A DNA stretch of 64,000 nucleotides from Promethearchaeota archaeon (GTDB lineage: Archaea; Asgardarchaeota; Lokiarchaeia; Sigyniarchaeales; SOKP01), in contig JAHLWS010000070.1 of the NCBI GenBank assembly GCA_019057795.1, positions 32,001 to 96,000 on the forward strand, in the 5' to 3' direction. Made by a program: the position numbers and the translations under genes. The notes below the pieces were generated by a model, which was not told where the DNA came from, ran no database searches, and saw only the letters and a list, made by a program, of their open reading frames with translations. Positions 40,469 through 50,769 of this stretch are shown in pieces. Each line of letters begins with the position of its first letter. The first letter of the stretch is position 1.

Positions 40469-42796
40469 TTAGAATTTAGAATAGCAATATCGTGCTTTGA
40501 TGTCATCTTGAACAGCTCTTGGTAATTCTGTATACCTAGCACTGTAACCTGATACTCTAACCATCAAATCTTTGTATATTTCTGGATAATTTTGAGCTTC
40601 GTTAAGGGTTTCTAGAGAAATTGAGTTAAATTGTAAATGAGAACCATTTAATTTTACATATGTTCTTAGTATTGATTCGAAAATCTTTCCATGGTCTAAT
40701 AATACAATATTAGGATCAATGTTAAGAGTGCATGCCACACCATTTGTAAGAAGAGCGTGATTGATTTTGGTTATGCTATTAATAGCGGAAGTGATCCCTT
40801 TTTCTCCCGTGAATCCAGGAGCGATATCCCTATTTAATGGTTTTCCCTTTTTTCTGCCAGAGGGAAGAGCTCCCGTGAATATGCCAAAACCAACATGAGT
40901 AGTCATTGCATGAATCCCCACCCTATAATCACCTCCTCGTGCACTTTTTAACCCCTTTACAGATTGAGCAAGTATTTCAATAGCTTTTTTAGCGAAAACA
41001 TCTGCGTTATCATCATCGCTTCCATATTTAGGGCACTTATAAATAAGATAGCTCTGGATATCCTTACTCCCCCTAAAATTATTTTTTAAGGTATTGATTA
41101 AATCTTCCATTTCTATTTTCTTTTCCTTAAAAACAGCCCAATCTATAGCAGCTATTGAATCTACTACGTCTGTAAAGCCTGTCACATGAATACCTGAAAA
41201 ATTGTATTTAGCTGAGCCTTCATTCACATCAATTCCTTTCTCAAAACTTCCTCTAATACAAAGTGACATCAATGGAGTTGGTTTTAATATTTTATGTGCT
41301 TCCTGATAAGCATTAGCTGCTGTAGCTGCCATTTTCATCAACGCTTTAAGTTTAATTTCAAAGACATCTAAAATATCTTTTATTGATTTAAATCTGTTAG
41401 AATCAGTATTATTATCAATATGTTTACTAACTATTGATTTATCTGTCCCTAAAGCAAGTTCTAAAGCCTTTGGCAAGTTCAAAAAAACTGCTCCGGTATT
41501 ATCGTAGGAATTCCCTGATGTAGATAACCCAACACAGCCCACTACGCCATAATCACGCGCTTCCTCTAATGATATACCACAATTTGTTAAACTTTGAACT
41601 ACTAATTCATCATTGTATAAACCAATGACATTTTTTCCTTTTGCTAATATATCAGCTATTTTTTTAATAATAGCGGTAGGAGTGTTTCTATTTAATCTCA
41701 CAACCAAGTTTGGGCTTGGAACTGCTGCTTGATCTAATGCATCAAGAAAAAGATAGGTAAGATTATTAGTGGAATCCTTACCATTTTTATCAATACCACC
41801 AATTAGGATATTTTGAGTAGTAGCCATACCTCCAAAGTATTGAGTGGCAACACTGTCGTATAATGCAATTACTTCATTGGTTTTCAGAAATAAATTTTTA
41901 ATCAATTTTATAGCTAATTCCCCATTCCCATCATAGAATTTCAATAGATATTGATCCATTCGTCCAAAAGAAATTCCATGTTCGAAATTTTCTAAATGGA
42001 GCGCCATGTGGATAAACCAAATAAATTGGATCGCTTCTTGAAGATTCTTTGGGGGATTTTCTGGAATGTTGTTACAAGTTTCAGCGATTTTTTTTAATTC
42101 TAGCTTTCTTTCTTTATTATCCATACTATCAGAAAGTAATTTTGCATGTTCTGAATATCTATGAGCATAACTAATCAATGCTTTACAAATAATTACCATT
42201 GCCTTATAAAAAGCCATTTTCTCATTATCTTTGGTATTTCCAATTATTTCCTGCTTATAATTAGCTAATTTTTCTTGAGATAAATTAATGTACTTCTTTA
42301 AACCCAAAGAAATTAGTCTGGGATAATCGACTACAACATGAGCAATCCCACCTATTTCTGTGGCAACAAATGCACACCCGCTAAATGATGTCTCAAAAAC
42401 ACTTTTAGGTGCGATTTCTCTGGCGTATGTATCAATTTTAAAACTATCGTAAAAGGGTGCTATTTCTTCTCTTAAAGTTTTTATATCTTCCTTTTTGACT
42501 TTTATCGGATTTACAATTCTATGTGGAAGATTTTCGAGTTCTTTCATAATTCTAAAGCCACTACCTTCCATTCTAGGAATTGCGACGGGAATGTTATTAT
42601 CAAAAGTACCGACAATGAGCTCATCAGGTCTAATAATAATGGGTAAATTCTCTAAAATATGGTTTAAACCCAATGCTTGTCTAATAATCATTGGTTTTCC
42701 AACGGTCTCTTTCAATACTAATGTATACGATAAGGGAACTTTTAGGGAAAGATGAGGTGTGCCCCGAACGAGCTCATTTAACGATTTAGCATCCAA
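40469..42796 (-). CDS. Glycyl radical enzyme (PFL superfamily), function unassigned
   Basis: PDELIVG, SFGRMDQYL, Cys loop VGCVG, PKYG, Gly loop LMVRVSGYS. Confidence 0.9.
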   Translation of the reverse strand: MDAKSLNELVRGTPHLSLKVPLSYTLVLKETVGKPMIIRQALGLNHILENLPIIIRPDELIVGTFDNNIPVAIPRMEGSGFRIMKELENLPHRIVNPIKVKKEDIKTLREEIAPFYDSFKIDTYAREIAPKSVFETSFSGCAFVATEIGGIAHVVVDYPRLISLGLKKYINLSQEKLANYKQEIIGNTKDNEKMAFYKAMVIICKALISYAHRYSEHAKLLSDSMDNKERKLELKKIAETCNNIPENPPKNLQEAIQFIWFIHMALHLENFEHGISFGRMDQYLLKFYDGNGELAIKLIKNLFLKTNEVIALYDSVATQYFGGMATTQNILIGGIDKNGKDSTNNLTYLFLDALDQAAVPSPNLVVRLNRNTPTAIIKKIADILAKGKNVIGLYNDELVVQSLTNCGISLEEARDYGVVGCVGLSTSGNSYDNTGAVFLNLPKALELALGTDKSIVSKHIDNNTDSNRFKSIKDILDVFEIKLKALMKMAATAANAYQEAHKILKPTPLMSLCIRGSFEKGIDVNEGSAKYNFSGIHVTGFTDVVDSIAAIDWAVFKEKKIEMEDLINTLKNNFRGSKDIQSYLIYKCPKYGSDDDNADVFAKKAIEILAQSVKGLKSARGGDYRVGIHAMTTHVGFGIFTGALPSGRKKGKPLNRDIAPGFTGEKGITSAINSITKINHALLTNGVACTLNIDPNIVLLDHGKIFESILRTYVKLNGSHLQFNSISLETLNEAQNYPEIYKDLMVRVSGYSARYTELPRAVQDDIKARYCYSKF

Positions 42797-42990
42797 TATA
42801 AATCACAGATAATTACAATAATAACTTGATAAATTAATTAAGATTTAATTTTATTTCTTTTAAATCTTTAATTATTATGTAAAATAACTCGAATTAATGC
42901 TATTACAAAAGAAATTAAGCGCAAATGTAAAAAGAAAAAATAAATTTTGATAAACGAATCAAAAGGAATTTAGTTAATCGCGATGTATAA

Positions 42991-44064
42991 TTATTCTAAA
43001 TAAAATTTTTCATCAATATTTGAAATTGTTGAATGTTGCGAAAGAAAATTTAATAAAAACTCTCTATCTTCGTTATTTTTTTGTTTTGAGAGTCTAATAA
43101 CGAAACTTAATTCTTCTTCACTTTCTATATCTATCCAGTGTAACCTCTCAAAATATTTTAGAATGTTTAAAAGAAAGTTAGAATCCTTTGAATGGTTTTC
43201 CACTTCTTTTTTAATTAGGTTAAACCATTTATTTTTAACTTTATTATCTTTAAAGCCAATAAATACACCTTTATCCTTCGCCATTTTCATCCACAGGTAA
43301 AAATCCTCATCGTTAATAATTTTATAATAATTTGTCAAAAACGATAAGTTATGTTCTATAAGTTTGAATCGTTCCTTTCTAGCAATTTCTTTACGAAAAA
43401 GTAAATCTGTAGCTATCATATCGAATCTACAATATAAATTTGCTTCAGAAAAGTTTATATCTGTTATTTTGACGCCTAAAACAGCTAGTAAAGCCGCGTT
43501 AAATTTGCAATTCTCAAAAAACAAATTTCTATACGTTCCAATATATTCAAAAACACCTTTAGCGTATTTAGAATTTTCCTCTGTAAAAATATCTATTCTT
43601 ATTTCTTTTGTTAATTTATTCTTTAAATAGAAATTTTTAGCTCTCTCGAACCTTTCCTTTAACTCTCGATAGTCATATGGTTTTAAACCACCTGTAAATA
43701 ACTTTCTAAATCCTAACAAAAATCGAGGAAATTCATGAAAAGTAAAGTTTGTGTATCTATTCGATTTTAAAATGAACTCGTAAAATGGAATGATTCCCTT
43801 GAATGTAAACTGATCGAAAAATTCTTGAGTTTTCTCGTCAACAAATCGTTTAAAATCATCTAAAGTTTTTCCACTTTTAAAACTTTCCATGGATTGTTCC
43901 ATAACATAGTTAAAAAAAGCAGATACGCTTTTAAATCTCTTATCATCTGGATTTTTTCGTTGATTCACTTTAACATATCTTTCTATCCACTCTTTAAGCG
44001 CGGGGGATAAAGATATCGTTTGTTGAGCTGTTTTTTTATTAGATAGATATTTTTTAGTAGTCAT
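42991..44064 (-). CDS. Hypothetical protein, possible N-terminal ribbon-helix-helix
   Basis: 357-aa ORF; QTISLSPALKEWIE...SVSAFF strand-helix-helix pattern. Confidence 0.6.
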   Translation of the reverse strand: MTTKKYLSNKKTAQQTISLSPALKEWIERYVKVNQRKNPDDKRFKSVSAFFNYVMEQSMESFKSGKTLDDFKRFVDEKTQEFFDQFTFKGIIPFYEFILKSNRYTNFTFHEFPRFLLGFRKLFTGGLKPYDYRELKERFERAKNFYLKNKLTKEIRIDIFTEENSKYAKGVFEYIGTYRNLFFENCKFNAALLAVLGVKITDINFSEANLYCRFDMIATDLLFRKEIARKERFKLIEHNLSFLTNYYKIINDEDFYLWMKMAKDKGVFIGFKDNKVKNKWFNLIKKEVENHSKDSNFLLNILKYFERLHWIDIESEEELSFVIRLSKQKNNEDREFLLNFLSQHSTISNIDEKFYLE

Positions 44065-44578
44065 TCATCTAACCCTTTTTAGAATAATATGTATAAATTT
44101 CATTATATATTAATTTATAAAAATGTTAAAGTATTTAAAATTTAATTAGAATTTATTGTTTGATTTAATTTTTTTGAAAGTACATTTCTGCCATATATAG
44201 AGCAAAAATCTGAATTTTCAACTTAATATATGTGAAATTACAAAAATGAATGCTCTTTTTAAAATTAGATATAAATAAGTAATCAGTTTTATTTATAGAA
44301 CAGTACATTTGAGTCAATAATAGATTTAAATCATTATTATATTCAACAAAACCAATTTCAATCAATATTTTTGAATATTTGTTAAAAAAATTTTAAGTAG
44401 TACGTTTTATAAAGAGAAAAGTAATAGTTTAAATGAACATAACTCTGAAAAAAAAGCTTTTAATTTATTAAAAGGGAGACTCCTGTCAAAAAAACCAAAT
44501 ATAAGGTTAGGAGGATTATTAGGATTTAGCTTATCCAGGGCGAAATCTTAACACTCTTAAGTAGAGTTAAATTTATTA

Positions 44579-46207
44579 TTATAATTTTTTTGAGACATAG
44601 TATCCATCAAGTTTATAACCCATTTTATAAAACCAATCCCTCGCTCCAATACCACTAATTACTGCTAACTTTTTAGAGTTATAATCTTCAACCGCAATTT
44701 TTTCAGCGTTTTCCATTAACAATTTCCCATAACCTCTATGCTGAAGCTGGTTGCTATTACTTGGATTTGCATCTGTAGGAACTAATTCACCTACTACTCT
44801 AACTTCTCTTATAATCATCGTTTTACCATCCCTCAACTCAGGTCTATGAGCAAATTCAGAAGGTTTTCTCAATCTCAAATAACCTACCAAATAACCTTCC
44901 TTATTGTTTTCATAAGAAAGAAAGGTTTCCTGTCCTAGAGATGCCTTATAATCTAAACGATTTAATTTAATATTATTAAAAAAACCTTCTTCAATATTTT
45001 TTTCTCTTTTTATTATCCCATATTCTCGGCATCTAATACAATTACAATTAATATCAAGCTCTTTTAATCTCTTATTAACAAGTTGCCTCAAATTACTTTT
45101 TTTACAACCAGCTTCAATTAAAAATGCTGGTATATCTCTCATGATTCGCTGGATTCTTACATAAGGAGGAAGATGTTGTTTTATTTTTGCAATTAAATTA
45201 ATCAATTCACCTAATGAGTACGGTGTATATCTACCATCCTTCCACCAATCATACAATTTAGTTCCCTTAATTACCAAACAGGGGTAGATTTTTAACATAT
45301 CCGGACGATATTCTGGATTAGAAAATAGAATATCAAATGATTCAAGATCTTTAGCAAAGTTAGATCCTGGTAAATTAGGCATCATATGAGTATTTATTTT
45401 TAAACCTGCATCCTTAGCAATCCTAATAGCATCAATACTATTTTGAGTTGTATGACCTCGGTTATTTTTTTTATAAATTTCATCAAATACTGTCTGAATT
45501 CCAATTTCTACTCTAGTAGCACCATAATTTAACATCCTATCAACATATGGTTCTGTGCAATAATCAGGTCGGGTTTCAATTGTTAAACCTATTAATCTTC
45601 TTTTTGATTTTTCTGACAATCTTTTTACTTCTTCTAATGTTTTAACTCTCTTTTCAAGAATTCCTTCATATGCCCCTTTAATGAACTCTTCTTGATAAAT
45701 AATTGCAGAAGATAAGAAGGTTCCCCCCATTACAATTAATTCGATTTTATCAACAGTATGACCTATCGCTTCTAAATCCTCAATTCTACTTTTAACTTGT
45801 CTGTAAGCATCATAATTATTGTGAATAGATCTCATCGCAGCCGGTTCTCGGCCAGTATACGATTGAGCTACTTTTTGATCTGGTTGGGAATCTTGACCAG
45901 GGCAATAAACACATGTTCCAGGACATGGGAGAGGTTTCGTCATAATAGCTATTACAGATACCCCCGAAAGCGTTCGTGTAGTTCGTCTTCTTAATAATTG
46001 AGTTAAAATTTGTTTTTCTTCTTCTGTTGAATAGGTTAGTATTGTTGCATTCTTAATTACTTCATTATAATTAAATTTTTTAGCATATTTTCCCTTAATA
46101 TTAGTAATCTTTTCGCGAGGTGTATTTGGATGCTCCAGGAGATAATCAATAATAGCACGAGCGATTTTTTTAATTTTCTCAATATTAATAGATTCAGATG
46201 ATTCCAT
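44579..46207 (-). CDS. elp3: Elp3 tRNA U34 acetyltransferase (radical SAM plus GNAT)
   Basis: RTLSGV, CPGTCVYCPG, QSYTG.EPA, ETRPD, CIRCRE, QHRGYG. Confidence 0.96.
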   Translation of the reverse strand: MESSESINIEKIKKIARAIIDYLLEHPNTPREKITNIKGKYAKKFNYNEVIKNATILTYSTEEEKQILTQLLRRRTTRTLSGVSVIAIMTKPLPCPGTCVYCPGQDSQPDQKVAQSYTGREPAAMRSIHNNYDAYRQVKSRIEDLEAIGHTVDKIELIVMGGTFLSSAIIYQEEFIKGAYEGILEKRVKTLEEVKRLSEKSKRRLIGLTIETRPDYCTEPYVDRMLNYGATRVEIGIQTVFDEIYKKNNRGHTTQNSIDAIRIAKDAGLKINTHMMPNLPGSNFAKDLESFDILFSNPEYRPDMLKIYPCLVIKGTKLYDWWKDGRYTPYSLGELINLIAKIKQHLPPYVRIQRIMRDIPAFLIEAGCKKSNLRQLVNKRLKELDINCNCIRCREYGIIKREKNIEEGFFNNIKLNRLDYKASLGQETFLSYENNKEGYLVGYLRLRKPSEFAHRPELRDGKTMIIREVRVVGELVPTDANPSNSNQLQHRGYGKLLMENAEKIAVEDYNSKKLAVISGIGARDWFYKMGYKLDGYYVSKKL

Positions 46208-46247
46208 TCACATCAAATTTGTTTAAAATAATAAGGATATCTAAATG

Positions 46248-47102
46248 TTAATCTAAAGGGATTTTCTTACCAGAAAAATCTCTTTTATATTTACCAAAAT
46301 CATCCATTTGTCTTAAATTTTTTGAATCGAATACGGGTCCATCCTTACACACTAATAACCCTAAAGGATCAACAGCGCATAATCCGCATAAACCACATCC
46401 GCATCTCATAATTCGTTCTAGACTAGCTTGTAGCTTAATACTATATCTTTCGCATATTTGAAATACTTTAAAAATCATTTTTTCAGGTCCACAAGTATAT
46501 GCCGTAAGGTTATGAATTTCAGATTTAGAATAATTTTTAACTAAACTTTCAAAAGTTTCAGAAGCGAATCCTTTTAATCCATAACTTCCATCGTCAGTAC
46601 TATAAATAATCTCTGAATATTCATGATCTAAAGATTGGAAATCATTAATAAACATTATTTCTTCACCAATTTTAGCACCTTCAATAATAGTAAATTTTGA
46701 GTTTTTTCTCATTATTTCTAATGAAAGACATTTAAGGGGTGCCATTCCAATTCCACCTCCAATTAAAATGAGTTTTTTCGAAGAATCATTTGGAAGTATA
46801 AAATTATTACCTAATGGACCTCTGATACCAATAAAATCACCAATTTTTAAATTATGAATTGCATTTGTACATTCTCCAACATCTTTTACAGTGATCGCCC
46901 AATTACCTTTGTCATCATAGCTAGATAATGACATTGGAACCTCATCCACACCAGGGACCCAAACCATCACAAATTGCCCAGCTTTAGGAATATTATATCT
47001 TCCTTGATTGCCTTCTTTCATATTAAAATAAATAGTCTTAACTCCCTTACATTCATTTGTGATATCTTTAACTTTCACGGTCTTGATTGTGTTTTCAGTC
47101 AA
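46248..47102 (-). CDS. pyrK: Dihydroorotate dehydrogenase electron transfer subunit
   Basis: GQFVMVW, RGPLG, GGGIGMAP, CGP, MRCGCGLCGLC, CKDGPVF. Confidence 0.93.
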   Translation of the reverse strand: MTENTIKTVKVKDITNECKGVKTIYFNMKEGNQGRYNIPKAGQFVMVWVPGVDEVPMSLSSYDDKGNWAITVKDVGECTNAIHNLKIGDFIGIRGPLGNNFILPNDSSKKLILIGGGIGMAPLKCLSLEIMRKNSKFTIIEGAKIGEEIMFINDFQSLDHEYSEIIYSTDDGSYGLKGFASETFESLVKNYSKSEIHNLTAYTCGPEKMIFKVFQICERYSIKLQASLERIMRCGCGLCGLCAVDPLGLLVCKDGPVFDSKNLRQMDDFGKYKRDFSGKKIPLD

Positions 47103-48021
47103 ATTCAGGCACCTCTTGAGTTTTAAATTGATGAGCTAACCCTTTTATATCATTAAGAGAGTTTAAGTTATTTTTATTTAAATAATTCCGTAATCCATTG
47201 TTAATTTCGTGAATAATTTCAAATCCGTTGTATAAAGCTGTTCCTATTTGGACTGCTGAGGCTCCTGCTAGGAAAAGTTCAATCACATCTTCCCATGAAT
47301 CAATTCCTCCACATCCAATTATGGGAATGTTCAAAATCTTATATAGGTCATATACTTTTTTCACAGCAATAGGATGAATTGCTTTTCCTGATAGTCCTCC
47401 ACTTCCATGAGATAAAATTGGTCTCTTGGTGTTAATATCGATCTTAATTGCGGTTAGGGTATTTATTGCAACAACTCCATCAGCACCCCCCTTTTCTGCA
47501 GCTAAAGCAATTTCACTAAGATTTGTAACGTTAGGATTTAATTTAACAAAGAGCGGGATTGATAAATTTTTCTTTAATAATTTTGTAATTTTAAAGGTAA
47601 GGTCTTTATCAATACCAATAGAAGAAATTTCAGCATGAGGACAAGAAATATTTATTTCAATTGCATCTGCTCCTGCATTCTGAGCTTTTAATGCTACATC
47701 TAAATATGTTTCATTACTATCTCCAAAGACACTAACAATCAGAGGTATTTTATGTGATTTTATTTCTTCAATTTCAGAGATAAAGTTATCAATCCCTGGA
47801 TTACCAAGCCCTACACTATTTAGAAAAGTCCCTGGATATAATTCAATAATTGAAGGATTTTTAAATCCCTTTCTAGGTCTAGGTCCAATAGATTTGGTTG
47901 TTATAGCACCTATTCCGATATTAATCAATCTTAACATCGTAGAATAAGATACTCCTAAAATGCCGGAAGCTAAAATCAAAGGAGAGTTTAACTTTAAACC
48001 AGAAATATTTACTTCAAGCAT
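47095..48021 (-). CDS. pyrD: Dihydroorotate dehydrogenase catalytic subunit
   Basis: ASG, TTKS, NSVGL, EINISCPH, INT, GGLSG; likely start MLEV at 48021. Confidence 0.95.
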   Translation of the reverse strand: MLEVNISGLKLNSPLILASGILGVSYSTMLRLINIGIGAITTKSIGPRPRKGFKNPSIIELYPGTFLNSVGLGNPGIDNFISEIEEIKSHKIPLIVSVFGDSNETYLDVALKAQNAGADAIEINISCPHAEISSIGIDKDLTFKITKLLKKNLSIPLFVKLNPNVTNLSEIALAAEKGGADGVVAINTLTAIKIDINTKRPILSHGSGGLSGKAIHPIAVKKVYDLYKILNIPIIGCGGIDSWEDVIELFLAGASAVQIGTALYNGFEIIHEINNGLRNYLNKNNLNSLNDIKGLAHQFKTQEVPEFD

Positions 48022-48091
48022 TACTATTATAATGTAAGAAATTATTATTATTATTATTTGAGAAATTTTATTTACGCGTAGATTTAGAAAA

Positions 48092-49315
48092 ATGAAATGT
48101 TTTATCATTGATACATTAATAGGAATATATACTATTGATGATAGTGGAAATTTTCTTAATTTTATTGATTTCTTGGACGATATCCAAAGAGTTATGAGTT
48201 TTTATGATTCATTAGATAATAATTTAATAGTTAAAGAGTATTCAGATTTTATCAATGAGTTGAGAAATTCGGGTTTTGACGAGTTTGTATTTGATAATAA
48301 AAAGTTACAGATTTTAACATCAGAAGAATTTGGATTTAACACTTCTTTTGAAAGACACTCTCTTGAGTTTAAAAATTTTCGCTTTAATTTAGAAGATCAA
48401 CTGAAAAGATTAGGGATTCATAAAACTCGAAAAGAAATTCTCTCCATTTTTAAGAAAGTTGAAGTTCAATTAATTAAGAAGAGAATAAGTCAGGCTGGAG
48501 CTCGAGGAGATGTAGAAATCATTCAAATCATAGAAACACTTGAGATTCTTAAAAAATCAATAAGCCTATTCTCGAGTCGTCTTAGAGAATGGTATGGTTT
48601 ACATTTTCCAGAACTTACTGATAAATTAATTGAAGATAATGTTATAATTGCCAAAATGGTTTCAATTTTAGGAAGCCGAGATAACTTTACTTATGATAAG
48701 ATTACTCAAAATTTTAGTTTCAAGGAAAGAAGAATTAAAACTTTGCAGAAGTTGGCTTCCCAATCAATGGGAGCAGATATTAATCTTAATATTGTTAAAA
48801 ACTACGCTAATCAGATTTTATCATTGGACGAGTTCAGACAAGAATTAGAAGAATATTTAAATACATTAATGGAACAAGTTGCTCCAAATCTCTATGCTTT
48901 AGTCGGAGGTTTAGTTGGGGCGAAATTAATAGCAAAAGCGGGAAGTTTAAAAGATTTAGCTTATATGCCAGCTTCAAGGGTTCAACTACTAGGAGCTGAA
49001 AAAGCTTTGTATAGATTCCTTAAAACGGGTGAAAAGCGACCAAAACACGGGTTAATTTTTCAGTGGAATTTGATTAGAGGAAGTAAAGCGTATAACCGTG
49101 GAAAGATCTCTAGAGTGATTTCAGGGAAAATTGGAATTGCTACTAAAGTAGATTTTTTTAAAGGTGAGTTCATAGGAGATATTTTAGCAAGAGAAATTGA
49201 AGAAAAAATAAAAGAGATTGAAAAAAAATATCCAAAACCTCCTATAAAAAAAAGTGAGCCCAAAACCAAAATAAAATCAAATAAAAAGCAAATAAGTAAG
49301 AAAAGAAGGAGGTAA
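48092..49315 (-). other. Divergent arrangement note: no minus-strand gene here; the 5' extension of the pyrD ORF to 48108 is not coding
   Basis: The extension overlaps the nop5 start and is low-complexity. Confidence 0.3.
48092..49315 (+). CDS. nop5: Nop5 (Nop56/58) box C/D sRNP protein
   Basis: REWYGLHFPEL, APNL, QLLGAEKAL, PKHGLIF, RGKISR, Lys-rich tail. Confidence 0.95.
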   Translation: MKCFIIDTLIGIYTIDDSGNFLNFIDFLDDIQRVMSFYDSLDNNLIVKEYSDFINELRNSGFDEFVFDNKKLQILTSEEFGFNTSFERHSLEFKNFRFNLEDQLKRLGIHKTRKEILSIFKKVEVQLIKKRISQAGARGDVEIIQIIETLEILKKSISLFSSRLREWYGLHFPELTDKLIEDNVIIAKMVSILGSRDNFTYDKITQNFSFKERRIKTLQKLASQSMGADINLNIVKNYANQILSLDEFRQELEEYLNTLMEQVAPNLYALVGGLVGAKLIAKAGSLKDLAYMPASRVQLLGAEKALYRFLKTGEKRPKHGLIFQWNLIRGSKAYNRGKISRVISGKIGIATKVDFFKGEFIGDILAREIEEKIKEIEKKYPKPPIKKSEPKTKIKSNKKQISKKRRR

Positions 49316-49322
49316 AGTTATT

Positions 49323-50012
49323 TTGAGCAATGTTAATATCAGAACCCATCCAAAATACTCTAATGTTTATATATCTGGACCTCCACATAACCTAAAACTC
49401 TATTCTAGAAACCTAGTTCCTGGAAATAAAGTGTACGGGGAGAAGTTAATTACATTTAAAGGAGAAGAATATCGAGAATGGGATCCTTATAGAAGTAAAT
49501 TAGCTGCAATGATATTGGAAAAACCTTCAGTGGATTTCTTATCAAGCGAATTAAAATGTTTGTATTTAGGAGCGTCATCGGGTACTACAATATCTCATCT
49601 CTCAGACATAGTTTACAAGGGAATTATCTATGGAGTAGAATTTGCGGAACGTAGTATGCGACAATTAATTCAAAACACCAATAATAGAAAAAATATTGTT
49701 CCAATATTAGGAGACGCTAATTTTCCAGAAAAATATGCTAATTCCGTTTTTACTAATATTGATTTAGTTTATCAAGATATAGCTCAGCCAAACCAAGCAC
49801 AAATTGCTATTGCGAACTGTAGTTATTACCTAAAGGATAAAGGAACTCTAATTCTTGCAATTAAATCTCAATCAATAGATAGTGTTCAAAAACCTGAAAA
49901 AATTTACATTCAAGAGAAAAAGATTTTAGAAAAAGCGGGTTATAAAATAAGCGAAATCTTCAACATTCATAAATACGCAGCCAACCATATTATTTTAATT
50001 GCCCACAAATAA
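49323..50012 (+). CDS. flpA: Fibrillarin-like rRNA/tRNA 2'-O-methyltransferase
   Basis: VYGE, WDPYRSKLAA, LYLGASSGTT.SH, DIAQPNQ. Confidence 0.96.
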   Translation: MSNVNIRTHPKYSNVYISGPPHNLKLYSRNLVPGNKVYGEKLITFKGEEYREWDPYRSKLAAMILEKPSVDFLSSELKCLYLGASSGTTISHLSDIVYKGIIYGVEFAERSMRQLIQNTNNRKNIVPILGDANFPEKYANSVFTNIDLVYQDIAQPNQAQIAIANCSYYLKDKGTLILAIKSQSIDSVQKPEKIYIQEKKILEKAGYKISEIFNIHKYAANHIILIAHK

Positions 50013-50052
50013 TTTAGCCAATATTTTTATTAATTTTCATTTTACAAAAAAT

Positions 50053-50769
50053 TTATACAAAATCAGTAATTTTTTTCGAATATAATTCTTCTCTGATTAT
50101 TTTTTTCGTAGTTTCCCACGATTTTCTCGCGATAGGTGGAGCTTTCTTATTCTTTCTTATCCATTCTCGAAGGAATGTAGTACTTCGTAAGTCTGAGGGA
50201 TATCCTGAGCCAAAATCTCCATAATTCTTTTTTAATTCTTCAATGAGTCTATCTCTCATATCTTTAGCGATAATTGAGCTCGCTGAAACTATTGGGTATA
50301 AATCGTCAGCCTTATGTTTAGAAATTATTTTTTTCGGTGAATAATTTAATAATGCCTGAATAGATGATGTAAATCTATCTTCAATAACATCTGCCGCGTC
50401 TATATATATTACATCTGGTTTAAGTTCATTAATAATTTCTGCCATTTTCAGTTCTTCGAGTCTATTCAGTGTGATTTTCTTCTTTTCTCTCGCATCTATT
50501 TCTTGAGCTCCAATAACTTTTGCTTTATATGTTTTACAATTTTCTTTTATAATTTTTGCTAATTCACTTCGTCTTTTTGTAGATAATTTTTTTGAATCTT
50601 TAACCCCGATTTCTGTTAAAAACCCCAATTTTGATTTAAGGAAGCAAACGCCACAAATAACCATAGGCCCCAAGACAGGTCCCCTACCCGCTTCGTCAAT
50701 GCCACAAATAACTTCTTGGTTAGTTCCCTGATTCTTGGATGAGGTCAACGAATTCCTCTTCATCATCAA
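50053..50769 (-). CDS. rnhB: Ribonuclease HII (true start uncertain; overlaps upstream gene)
   Basis: GIDEAGRGPVLGP, DSKKL, KAD, SASSIIAK, GSGYPSD. Confidence 0.95.
   Translation of the reverse strand: MMMKRNSLTSSKNQGTNQEVICGIDEAGRGPVLGPMVICGVCFLKSKLGFLTEIGVKDSKKLSTKRRSELAKIIKENCKTYKAKVIGAQEIDAREKKKITLNRLEELKMAEIINELKPDVIYIDAADVIEDRFTSSIQALLNYSPKKIISKHKADDLYPIVSASSIIAKDMRDRLIEELKKNYGDFGSGYPSDLRSTTFLREWIRKNKKAPPIARKSWETTKKIIREELYSKKITDFV

Noticed and set aside
44165-44365. 66-aa minus-strand ORF
   Set aside because: AT-rich, no motifs or SD; probably a chance ORF.
44529-44540. CTTATCCAG resembling the start of a SAM-I riboswitch
   Set aside because: The rest of the SAM-I consensus is absent and there is no downstream gene on that strand.
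48022-48108. N-terminal extension of pyrD in the ORF track
   Set aside because: Low-complexity Ile run across the divergent promoter, overlapping nop5; ATG 48021 fits better.
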